NCBI GenBank assembly: GCA_009776345.1
Contig: WRLS01000001.1
Span: 1-42,356 of the forward strand
Origin: Oscillospiraceae bacterium
Lineage (GTDB): Bacteria; Bacillota; Clostridia; Oscillospirales; Ruminococcaceae
DNA length: 42,356 nucleotides
Direction of reading: 5' to 3'
Every line of letters begins with the position of its first letter. Positions within the stretch are counted from its first letter, which is position 1. The notes under the pieces are model-generated. The model made no database searches. It saw nothing but the letters and a program-made list of their open reading frames with translations, and had not been told where the DNA came from. A program made the position numbers and the translations under genes. Shown here one piece after another: positions 28,028 through 35,842 of the stretch.

Positions 28028-29050
28028 ATGACTTTTTCAAGCTTAGAGCAAAGAATGGCGCATGGCTATATAGATATGCTGCCTTCATTTGTACCGGATG
28101 AAAACGCGCCTGTAAGCGTTTCGGAGCAGGAGCAGTTTTATGTTTTGATAAAAAGCCTGTATCAGCTTGCGTATGACGAGCCGCTGCTTTTTGTAACTGC
28201 ACTGCACGGAGACGACGCTTTCCCTACCCGCTATAAAAAAGCATATGGCAAACCGGCGCTGATTGGGGATATGAGGAAGTTTACCAAAGCGATAAACGCT
28301 TTGCTTACGGCAATGTTCCTTCTCGGGAAAGGCGAAGATGTAACGCTAAACAAAAGGCAGCGGGCTGTTTTATCTAGGCTTGGCATTGACGGCACCGCCA
28401 ACCTTCCCGCCGCGTGGAAGTGGATGGCTTCAAAAGACGGCGCGAATATCTCAAAGTTTTCGCATTGCCTGTTTGACGACGGTTATCCGTACACTTCTGA
28501 GATTTACGCACGTCTTCTCGGCAGCCATGCTTTCAAGAAAATTGAAAATTGGATGGCAGGGCAGGGGTATAAGCGGCATGATATATATCACATCATCGCC
28601 AGCGACTGCAATTTGACGCTGACAATCGCAAACCCAAAATGGGGCGCTGACGCACCGCGCGGCGGGCATGAATACAAAATAAGGCATACGGGCATATCGG
28701 CACAATACGATGATTATACGGCAAACCCTGCGGTCATCGGTTTGTGCATACCTAACGGGATGAAGGCTTATTTGGAAAACTTTGACACAATGGAAAAGCC
28801 GCTTCAAGCATTTGTTGTAAGCAAAACCAAAAAATGCGATAAATGCGGATACTGTGTCCAAACAGACAAAACCGGCTCTCGCCTGCTTGCGTATACCGCC
28901 GTCGAGTTTGAAGGCAAGGGATACAAGCTATGCAATTATTATCCCGGCTACGGCTACAGCTGGACAAGTATTGACGACGGCACTGCCGATATGATTATAG
29001 AAATGCTGTCCTTTATGGATAAGTTTGCGCCGGATAAAGTGAAGATTTAA
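28028..29050 (+). CDS. Hypothetical protein with C-terminal Cys cluster
   Basis: 340-aa ORF, GGAGGG RBS; KKCDKCGYC...LC. Confidence 0.75.
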   Translation: MTFSSLEQRMAHGYIDMLPSFVPDENAPVSVSEQEQFYVLIKSLYQLAYDEPLLFVTALHGDDAFPTRYKKAYGKPALIGDMRKFTKAINALLTAMFLLGKGEDVTLNKRQRAVLSRLGIDGTANLPAAWKWMASKDGANISKFSHCLFDDGYPYTSEIYARLLGSHAFKKIENWMAGQGYKRHDIYHIIASDCNLTLTIANPKWGADAPRGGHEYKIRHTGISAQYDDYTANPAVIGLCIPNGMKAYLENFDTMEKPLQAFVVSKTKKCDKCGYCVQTDKTGSRLLAYTAVEFEGKGYKLCNYYPGYGYSWTSIDDGTADMIIEMLSFMDKFAPDKVKI

Positions 29051-29138
29051 GGAGCATACCGATGATAACTGCGCCGCAATCTGTATCCACGGTGATGGGG
29101 CCTATGTCCACTCCGCATCCGGATTGTGGAATTTTACC

Positions 29139-29167
29139 TTGACAACACCTCGCCGGTCGCGTATACT
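29139..29167 (+). promoter_or_regulatory. Near-consensus sigma-A promoter of the rsgA-paralogue operon
   Basis: TTGACA-17-TATACT. Confidence 0.8.
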
Positions 29168-29218
29168 GTGTTTATTCCATAGTGGATTACCTTCACTACG
29201 AAAGGGGTTGTGATGTAA

Positions 29219-29251
29219 ATGACTGTTAATATGATGGTGATTGCAACTTAA
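29219..29251 (+). CDS. Putative leader peptide MTVNMMVIAT
   Basis: GAAAGGGG RBS at 29200-07; short ORF in a long structured 5' leader. Confidence 0.45.
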   Translation: MTVNMMVIAT

Positions 29252-29362
29252 AACCGAATATCGGGCATAGAATGAAACGGGATTGCTGCCCGTGTCTTTT
29301 GCTGTGCCATCAACAGTAACCTTTCGTGAATAGCTGCTGAACGTCAACTGTGTTGACGTAGC

Positions 29363-29392
29363 GGGATACGATTCGGGTCGTATCTCTTTTTT
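29363..29392 (+). terminator. Intrinsic terminator within the leader (attenuator)
   Basis: GGGATACGAT-tcgg-GTCGTATCTC followed by T6. Confidence 0.7.
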
Positions 29393-29513
29393 GATTAAGT
29401 GCCGTGCGACAGCAGTCTTCGCAAGCCAAAGCACGCTTTGGCTGAGAGGCTGCTTGCTCCACGGCATTTTTGCGTCCAAAAATAACTACACACAGGAGAG
29501 ATAAAAAATAACA

Positions 29514-30584
29514 ATGATTGATTTGAAACAATACGGCTACACCGAAACAGAAACGCCGCCCGATGGTCTGCTGCTCGGCAGGGTTACGGAACATCGGGGA
29601 GCGCAGTATACCGTCGTCACCGAGCGCGGTGAAGTAACTGCAAATCTCAAAGGCACTTTTTATCACGAAGCGGAAGCGCGTGAGGATTTCCCATGCGTCG
29701 GCGACTTTGTGCTGTTGCAACACAACGAACTTGGCGATTCGGGTATCGCAAAACTATTGCCCCGCCACTCGAAGTTTTCCCGCGCCGACTTTTCAGGCCA
29801 TGCGGCGGGATACGTCAAAACCATTCTTGAACAGGTCGTCGCAACAAACTTCGATTATGTGTTCATACTGTCGTCCTTGAATTGGGATTTTAAGGTCAGC
29901 CGGATCGCCCGTTATCTTACGCAGGCGCGGCAGAGCGGCGGTCAACCTGTCGTAATCCTTACAAAAGCGGATTTGGTTGAAGATTTTACCTCCGCGTTAG
30001 CCGAAGTCCGAAACGTCGCGCTTGATGTGCCGGTTCACGCGGTTTCCGCGCATACCGGATTTGGCGTGGATGAACTTAGCGAATACTTGAAACCCGGAAA
30101 GACTGTGGTTTTCCTCGGTATGTCCGGCGTAGGAAAATCGTCGCTGCTCAACGCGCTTATGAATCAGGAAGTCATGGTCGTAAAGGCAATACGCGAGGAC
30201 GATAGCCGAGGGCGTCACACAACGACACATCGCCAGCTTTTCATGCTGCCTTCCGGCGCGATGGTCATTGATACGCCGGGGATGCGTGAGCTTGGTTTGT
30301 TCGGCGCGGATGAGGGTATCAGTGTAGGATTTGCCGATGTAGAAGAACTATTTGCCAGGTGCCGATTCAGCGATTGCCAACACCGGACAGAACCGGATTG
30401 CGCGGTTCTCGCCGCACTTGCCGATCGTTCATTACCGCGTGAGCATTGGGAGCGTTATCTCGCGCAGAAGCGGGAAAATAAATTTGTTGAGGATAAAACT
30501 GAATTTATGCGCCAGCGACAAAAGTGGAACAAAGACATTGCTAAATGGAGTAAACAACAAAAGAAAAGCGGAGGGATAAGATGA
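29514..30584 (+). CDS. rsgA: Ribosome small subunit-dependent GTPase A (accessory-type paralogue)
   Basis: OB fold (PCVGDFV), circularly permuted G motifs TKAD, GMSGVGKS, GRHTT, DTPG; zinc finger CRFSDCQH..EPDC. Confidence 0.92.
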   Translation: MIDLKQYGYTETETPPDGLLLGRVTEHRGAQYTVVTERGEVTANLKGTFYHEAEAREDFPCVGDFVLLQHNELGDSGIAKLLPRHSKFSRADFSGHAAGYVKTILEQVVATNFDYVFILSSLNWDFKVSRIARYLTQARQSGGQPVVILTKADLVEDFTSALAEVRNVALDVPVHAVSAHTGFGVDELSEYLKPGKTVVFLGMSGVGKSSLLNALMNQEVMVVKAIREDDSRGRHTTTHRQLFMLPSGAMVIDTPGMRELGLFGADEGISVGFADVEELFARCRFSDCQHRTEPDCAVLAALADRSLPREHWERYLAQKRENKFVEDKTEFMRQRQKWNKDIAKWSKQQKKSGGIR

Positions 30585-31591
30585 TTAAAATAATCTCGGG
30601 AACCTTAACTTATGTGTTATGTAAAATGTTCACTTTGTCAATCACAACTGCTGATTATAAGACAGAGAAACTTCACGGAGGTACACTCGGCGATGTTCGT
30701 CTTGTAACAGGCACAGCAGAAACCGCTGACGGTGAAAAGCTGCCCTACAAAGTTGTGTTGAAGGTTCAAAAGAAATGGAAACGCCACGGCGACTCTGGTT
30801 CATGGCGCAGGGAGTATGACCTTTATACATCGGGCTTCGGCGCGCTGTTCACCGATTCCCTCTGTTGGCCGAAATGTTATCACGCCGAAATGAACCAAGA
30901 TGAAAGCGAATGGCAAATATGGATGGAACATATCGACGGTATATCGGGTTTAGATTTAACCGGCGATATGTATGAACGTGCAGCAGAGGAATTAGGCCGG
31001 TTTCAAGGTAAGCTGTATGCAAAACGGCCGGCTATAATTCAAAACCTAACCAATCTTAGCAAGATTGATTTTGCAAAAAACTTTTATTTACACTACCGGT
31101 CATGGAAAGAGGTGTACGACTACATACGCACCGACGACTGCGAAATCCCTAAGCACTTATGTCAAATGCTCATCGACATTGATGAAAATGAGAACGATGT
31201 ATGGAACCGCATTGAAAAGCTACCCATCGTACTTTGCCATAGGGATTTTTGGGTGACGAACATATTTTACAAGGATGATAAAATCGTACTCATTGATTGG
31301 GACACAACCGGGTGGGGCTATTTCGGTGAAGATTTAGCAAGCCTCATTGCGGACGAAGCGGATGTAGCGCATATGGTTGAATACTATCAGCGATGCGTCC
31401 CGGCGTATTACAAGGGTTTTTCGGAATATGCAGATGTTTCCCATATCACCGACCATTGTGTCCGTGAGCTAATCCTTGTCATGTTCGGGTATAGGCTTGT
31501 CGAATGGTATAAATTCGCTAAGTCGCCCGACGAAAAAACGCTTCATCTTAACACTTTGCAAAAAATTTATGAAATGGGAGATTACACATGA
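30581..31591 (+). CDS. Aminoglycoside/choline kinase-like phosphotransferase
   Basis: VVLK, REY, WMEHI, Brenner motif LCHRDFWVTN, LIDWD. Confidence 0.85.
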   Translation: MIKIISGTLTYVLCKMFTLSITTADYKTEKLHGGTLGDVRLVTGTAETADGEKLPYKVVLKVQKKWKRHGDSGSWRREYDLYTSGFGALFTDSLCWPKCYHAEMNQDESEWQIWMEHIDGISGLDLTGDMYERAAEELGRFQGKLYAKRPAIIQNLTNLSKIDFAKNFYLHYRSWKEVYDYIRTDDCEIPKHLCQMLIDIDENENDVWNRIEKLPIVLCHRDFWVTNIFYKDDKIVLIDWDTTGWGYFGEDLASLIADEADVAHMVEYYQRCVPAYYKGFSEYADVSHITDHCVRELILVMFGYRLVEWYKFAKSPDEKTLHLNTLQKIYEMGDYT

Positions 31592-31653
31592 CTGATAAAC
31601 TATTTCACCTGTTACAAAAACCCGCGCTTTGGCAGCGAGTTCGAGCCTCGTAA
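31588..31653 (+). pseudogene. Truncated N-terminal fragment, probably of a class I SAM methyltransferase
   Basis: ATGA-coupled to the upstream gene with GGGAG RBS; MTDKLFHLLQKPALWQR then breaks into tRNA-like sequence; family call is from recall only. Confidence 0.45.
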
Positions 31654-31659
31654 CCCGCT
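31635..31659 (+). mobile_element. 3' fragment of a tRNA-Gly-like gene (T-arm plus acceptor strand); probable att site
   Basis: GCGAG-TTCGAGC-CTCGT-AACCCGCT: T stem/loop with TTCGA and 3' acceptor strand CCCGCT; no D or anticodon arm upstream. Confidence 0.6.
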
Positions 31660-31668
31660 TATACCCGA

Positions 31669-31699
31669 AACCCTCACAACCATGCGGTTTGTGGGGGTT
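31669..31699. terminator. Hairpin between convergent units
   Basis: AACCCTCACAA / TTGTGGGGGTT 11-bp stem. Confidence 0.55.
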
Positions 31700-31703
31700 C
31701 TTG

Positions 31704-32714
31704 TTAACGGTCCTTTTTCGCCTTTATACTCAGCGCCTGCTGTCGCAGCATAATCCTCACCAGGGCGGAATGTGTCGCGCTGTCAATGTCACGGAACATT
31801 ACGCCGTAGCTGTATGCCTGTGCGTCTATTCTTGTCCGGCGCGTGACAGCGCATCTCAATGAGAAATCCGCGCCGTCGAGCATGAAACTCACAGCGGCTT
31901 CGTCCCCCGGCTCTAAAAGCAGCCCGGTTTCAATCCGCATACCCCCGGCGCTGATATCCAGGATATTCATCGCGCCGCTGTTTTTCCCTTCGCCCGATAT
32001 AGTGCCGTCCAGTTTAATCGGGACACGGAAAAAGTCCCTGTCATTTACGGTTTTGACCACCGCGCCGTGCAGGAGCTTTACCACCGTTTCCTGCTTTAGG
32101 TAAACAAGCGAAACAAAACACAGGAATTCGCCCCCCTGTATGAAAAGGGCGACTTTTACGATATCGTTATAATAAAACGGCATAAAAACCGAGCCGCAGT
32201 CAATTTCAATTTCGCCATCGGTGATACCTGTGATTGTACCGTAGGCAAGCACACGGTTTTCCATTGTTAGGATCTCGCAGGGCATCCCGAGGATCTCACC
32301 GCCCAGGCGGAATTCCTTGTTTTTCATATACCCAAAGAAAACAGGGTCGTCTGTTTCGGCGTGGCGGCGCCAAGCCCGCGCGGCTTCCAGCAGACTGCCG
32401 AAATAGATCCTGCCCGACCTCGCCGAGTTCAGCTCCTGCTTTATCCTATCCATCTCCGGCAAAAATTCGCGGTGCTGTTTTTTGTGATGCACCGCCAACG
32501 GGAATTCATGCAGATCCATCAGCGCTTCCTCAGACTCGAAATGCGCTTCGCACGCCGCCAGCAGCTGTGTGAGGAAACCGGACATAACGGCAACCGGCGC
32601 GCTGCTGTCGTATTTTTCCTCAAATTCTGCGATGAGCTTAAAAAGCCCCAGGTGCTGCTCATCAATCAGCGCGATACCGGACGAACCCCCGCCCGTCAAG
32701 CTGTGGATATCCAT
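31704..32714 (-). CDS. Bacteriohemerythrin-PilZ fusion protein
   Basis: Hemerythrin ligands in IDEQH, HFESEE, HKKQH, HAETDD; PilZ motifs RDFFR (RxxxR) and DISAGG (DxSxxG). Confidence 0.88.
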   Translation of the reverse strand: MDIHSLTGGGSSGIALIDEQHLGLFKLIAEFEEKYDSSAPVAVMSGFLTQLLAACEAHFESEEALMDLHEFPLAVHHKKQHREFLPEMDRIKQELNSARSGRIYFGSLLEAARAWRRHAETDDPVFFGYMKNKEFRLGGEILGMPCEILTMENRVLAYGTITGITDGEIEIDCGSVFMPFYYNDIVKVALFIQGGEFLCFVSLVYLKQETVVKLLHGAVVKTVNDRDFFRVPIKLDGTISGEGKNSGAMNILDISAGGMRIETGLLLEPGDEAAVSFMLDGADFSLRCAVTRRTRIDAQAYSYGVMFRDIDSATHSALVRIMLRQQALSIKAKKDR

Positions 32715-32811
32715 AATATATTTTCATTCCCTTTTTTAATGTGATATGATATAATTTACAATAGCTATTATACATCCATATCCCAAAAACTACAATAGAG
32801 GGGGCCAAATC

Positions 32812-33513
32812 ATGTTCGATCAAAAAGAAAACCGGGAGCTTATAAGCCTTTTCGAGAAACTGCGAGTCACCGACGTGCGCGACGGCATGGACTGGATGGG
32901 CTATCACCACTACGGCAGTGTGCATCACTCCATCAGGCCGCTTTTCCGCCCAAGGCTCAGCACAATCGGGATTGCGCGCACCACCCGCTATGTCCCGTAT
33001 GAGGGGCCCGTGCCCGCGCTCCCGCCCGAGGAGTACACAAAATGGGTTAAAATGTACTACGCCGAAATCTGCTACGACCCATGGAACGCCGATATTCAGC
33101 CCGGCGACTTCGTGTGTATTGACATCGCGGGCGTTGATGTGGGGTTGCTTGGCTCCAACAATACGCTTGACTGCAAAAAGAAGGGCTGTGTGGGGTTCGT
33201 AACCAACGGCGGCGGCATCCGCGACACAGACGAGTGCGTCATCCAGGGCATCAATGTCTGGTCAAAATTTATCTCTCACGGTATGGACCAGGCAAGGATC
33301 CGCTATATAGACAAGGATATCCCGATCGCCATAGGCGGAGTTGCAATTTATCCCGGGGATATTATCGTGGCGGACGGGGACGGCGTGATCGCTGTGCCGC
33401 GCAAAATCGCCCGCGGCGTCGCAAAATACGCGTGGCAGGAAGCCAGCGCGGATAAAAAAGCCCGCAAGCAGTTTTATATAGACCTGGGCATGGAGCTTGA
33501 CGAAACAGTATAG
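32812..33513 (+). CDS. RraA/HMG-aldolase family protein
   Basis: TDVRDGMD, GIART, GGIRD, PGDIIVADGDGVI.VP. Confidence 0.88.
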   Translation: MFDQKENRELISLFEKLRVTDVRDGMDWMGYHHYGSVHHSIRPLFRPRLSTIGIARTTRYVPYEGPVPALPPEEYTKWVKMYYAEICYDPWNADIQPGDFVCIDIAGVDVGLLGSNNTLDCKKKGCVGFVTNGGGIRDTDECVIQGINVWSKFISHGMDQARIRYIDKDIPIAIGGVAIYPGDIIVADGDGVIAVPRKIARGVAKYAWQEASADKKARKQFYIDLGMELDETV

Positions 33514-33523
33514 GAGGGAAAAC

Positions 33524-33961
33524 ATGACTTGCTTTACAGGCCCGGGTACAGGCCGGCTGCTGCTAATCCACCTGACAAAGGGCGAGGATATCTTAAAAAG
33601 CGTTACACAGGCCGTAAAAGACGCCGGTATTGTAAGCGGCGTGGTGGTGTCCGGGATCGGGTCGCTGCGCAAGTGGCACTACCACTACATCGGCGACACG
33701 GACGACCGCCCCTCCGATGTTTTTCAGACAATCGAGGGGCCGTTGGAGCTTGCCTGTATGCAGGGCGCGATACTGGAGGGCGTGCCGCATCTTCACGCCG
33801 TGGTTTCGGAGCATGGCACAAAAACCTGGTCAGGCCATGTTGAAGAAGGCTGTGAAGTGCAGTACCTCGCCGAAATCTGCATCCTGGAGATGGCGGATAT
33901 GCCGTTGGGGCGCAGAAAAAAGGGCGAGTTCGGCATTGCTAATATCGAGATGATCCCATAA
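33524..33961 (+). CDS. PPC/DUF296 domain protein
   Basis: L..GEDI, GIGSL, PLEL...G, PHLHA, GHV..G; AGGAGGG RBS. Confidence 0.88.
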   Translation: MTCFTGPGTGRLLLIHLTKGEDILKSVTQAVKDAGIVSGVVVSGIGSLRKWHYHYIGDTDDRPSDVFQTIEGPLELACMQGAILEGVPHLHAVVSEHGTKTWSGHVEEGCEVQYLAEICILEMADMPLGRRKKGEFGIANIEMIP

Positions 33962-34901
33962 TTTCCCGCACAAGCAGCTCCAAATCCTCAAAGCGCGAAA
34001 GGGTGCCGGCACGGCGGCGCAAGGACGATGCCCCCGGCATCCCTTTCATGTACCATGCGGCGTGGCTTCGGGCTTCGCGCATGGCGGCGTATTCGCCTTT
34101 ATATTCCACGGCTTTGGCGATATGCCTTAGCATGATACTCAGCTTTTCATCAAGCTCCGGCTCGGGTTCATTTATCCCGCGCAGGAGCTTTTCTTTTATT
34201 TGCCGGAAAATCCACGGCCTGCCAAGCGCGCCCCGCCCGACCATCACCAAATCACAGCCGGTCCGCTCATACATTTGCTGTGCGCAGTCCACGCTGTTTA
34301 CATCGCCGTTGCCGATTACGGGGATGGACACGCTTTCTTTAACCGCGCGAATTATTTCAAGATCGACCGGCGGGGCATACATCTGTTCGCGCGTGCGGCC
34401 ATGTACAGTTACCGCGGAAGCCCCGGCGCGCTCTGCCATAACAGCCGCTTCCACCGCGTTAACACTGCCGCTGTCCCAGCCCTTGCGGATTTTTACCGTA
34501 ACCGGAAAAGGGGATGCCTTTACGGCCGCGCGGATGATTTTTTCTGCCAGCGGCAGGTTTTTCATCAGAGCGCTTCCCGCCCCGCCGCTTGTGATTTTCG
34601 GCGCGGGGCAGCCCATGTTTATATCTATCGCGTCCGGTGAAAATTTCGCCGCGATTTCCACCGCCTTCGCCATAAACTCCGCCTCGTCGCAGAAAAGCTG
34701 GACTGCCATCGGGCGCTCGTCCGGAGCGATTTCAAGCAGCGCCGCTGTTTTGGCGGAGCCGTAAACCAAGCCTTTTGCGCTCGCCATTTCGCCCACGGCA
34801 TAACACGCGCCCATCTCAATGCAGATTTCCCGGAACGCGCGGTCTGCCGCCCCCGCCATTGGGGCGAGCGCGGCGGTTTTGGGAAGGGATAGCATGGTCA
34901 A
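33939..34901 (-). CDS. dusB: tRNA-dihydrouridine synthase B
   Basis: LAPMAG, DINMGCP, GAGSALM, TVKIRKGW, VHGRT, GNGDV, GRGALGRPW. Confidence 0.95.
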   Translation of the reverse strand: MTMLSLPKTAALAPMAGAADRAFREICIEMGACYAVGEMASAKGLVYGSAKTAALLEIAPDERPMAVQLFCDEAEFMAKAVEIAAKFSPDAIDINMGCPAPKITSGGAGSALMKNLPLAEKIIRAAVKASPFPVTVKIRKGWDSGSVNAVEAAVMAERAGASAVTVHGRTREQMYAPPVDLEIIRAVKESVSIPVIGNGDVNSVDCAQQMYERTGCDLVMVGRGALGRPWIFRQIKEKLLRGINEPEPELDEKLSIMLRHIAKAVEYKGEYAAMREARSHAAWYMKGMPGASSLRRRAGTLSRFEDLELLVREIMGSSRY

Positions 34902-34934
34902 TGTTATTCTCCTAAAAATCAGCGTTAAATATGA

Positions 34935-34963
34935 TTGACTTTTTTCCCGGTGGGATGTATACT
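34935..34963 (+). promoter_or_regulatory. Sigma-A promoter of a putative antisense RNA
   Basis: TTGACT-17-TATACT; no protein ORF before the next terminator. Confidence 0.7.
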
Positions 34964-34968
34964 TAATT

Positions 34969-35052
34969 CAAGGGTAAGACTTCAAACGGTTATACCCCTG
35001 TTTATCTACAAAAAGTAGCCAAACACATTGGGGTGCGGATGGCTACTTTTTT
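34969..35052 (+). ncRNA. Putative type I antitoxin sRNA (about 85 nt)
   Basis: Lies between the promoter above and a T-tract terminator; overlaps the 3' end of a convergent small hydrophobic ORF. Confidence 0.55.
35010..35052. terminator. Bidirectional intrinsic terminator
   Basis: AAAAAGTAGCCA ... TGGCTACTTTTTT. Confidence 0.75.
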
Positions 35053-35123
35053 GTATGTACGCCCAGCAATATAATTGCTGTCATCGCAATAATCGTCATT
35101 GAGATTATGTACGCGATCGCCAT
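35043..35123 (-). CDS. Putative type I toxin, 26-aa single-TM peptide MAIAYIISMTIIAMTAIILLGVHTKK
   Basis: Very strong RBS AAGGGAGGTGA just upstream of ATG; hydrophobic helix with basic C-terminus; stop lies in the terminator stem. Confidence 0.7.
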   Translation of the reverse strand: MAIAYIISMTIIAMTAIILLGVHTKK

Positions 35124-35245
35124 ACTATCACCTCCCTTATCAAAGTTTGGTGATCCCCCCCTTCCATATCGGAATGGGGTATAACCGTCCAGCAGTAAAC
35201 TGTTATCTATCTTACCCTTGTTTATCGGATTACTCCGACTGTTTC

Positions 35246-35274
35246 ATATTACACGAATTTCATCATTTTGACAA
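35246..35274 (-). promoter_or_regulatory. Sigma-A promoter of the putative toxin mRNA
   Basis: Minus strand TTGTCA-17-TAATAT. Confidence 0.55.
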
Positions 35275-35305
35275 GTCTTTAATAAAATATTAAGGGGGCA
35301 GCATC

Positions 35306-35842
35306 ATGAAATACTTCAAGAAAATCGTCGGTAAGCGGCTGTATTTATCACCGCTCAGCTTGGACGATGCGGAAATCTTCACAAAATGGGTCAACGACCC
35401 CGCTGTCAGCTGTAACTTAGGCAATTATCCCGCGCAGATAAGCTTAAGCAGCGAAAAAACTTATCTTGAGGATCTGGCGAAAAAGCATTGCTACAGCATT
35501 GTTTTGCACGACGGCGATGTGATGATCGGCAATCTCGGCTTAGGCGACATCGACCACAGGAGCCGCAAGGCCACCTTGGGCATTATGATCGGGGAGGCCG
35601 AAATGCGCGGCAAGGGCTACGGCACAGAAGCTATATGCCTAATTTTAGATTACGGCTTTAACACGCTGAACTTGCATAATATCATGCTGTATGTCCACGC
35701 CGATAACGGGCAGGGCATTGCGTGCTATAAAAAAGCAGGCTTCCGTGAATTTGGCCGCCGGCGGGAAAGCCACTTCAAAAACGGCCGGTACATAGATGTT
35801 ATACACATGGAAATTCTTTCTACGGAGTGGGGAAAAAGCTAA
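35306..35842 (+). CDS. GNAT N-acetyltransferase (RimJ/RimL-like)
   Basis: RLYLSP, LGIMIGE..RGKGYG.EA, LNLH.I.L.V..DN..I.CYKK.GF. Confidence 0.9.
   Translation: MKYFKKIVGKRLYLSPLSLDDAEIFTKWVNDPAVSCNLGNYPAQISLSSEKTYLEDLAKKHCYSIVLHDGDVMIGNLGLGDIDHRSRKATLGIMIGEAEMRGKGYGTEAICLILDYGFNTLNLHNIMLYVHADNGQGIACYKKAGFREFGRRRESHFKNGRYIDVIHMEILSTEWGKS

Noticed and set aside
29062-29142. 26-aa ORF MITAPQSVSTVMGPMSTPHPDCGILP with an AAGGAG RBS
   Set aside because: No recognisable features and it runs into the next promoter; at most a gene remnant at the island junction
29102-29479. 125-aa minus-strand ORF
   Set aside because: Overlaps a clear plus-strand promoter and structured leader; no motif
31600-31665. 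Complete tRNA gene
   Set aside because: Only the T-arm and 3' acceptor strand are present; no D or anticodon arm, no matching 5' strand, no CCA
34003-34764. 253-aa plus-strand ORF
   Set aside because: Antisense shadow of dusB
35099-35293. 64-aa plus-strand ORF, and TTGACA at 35268 as a GNAT promoter
   Set aside because: The ORF lacks an RBS and overlaps the toxin leader; the TTGACA has no -10 at 16-18 bp spacing
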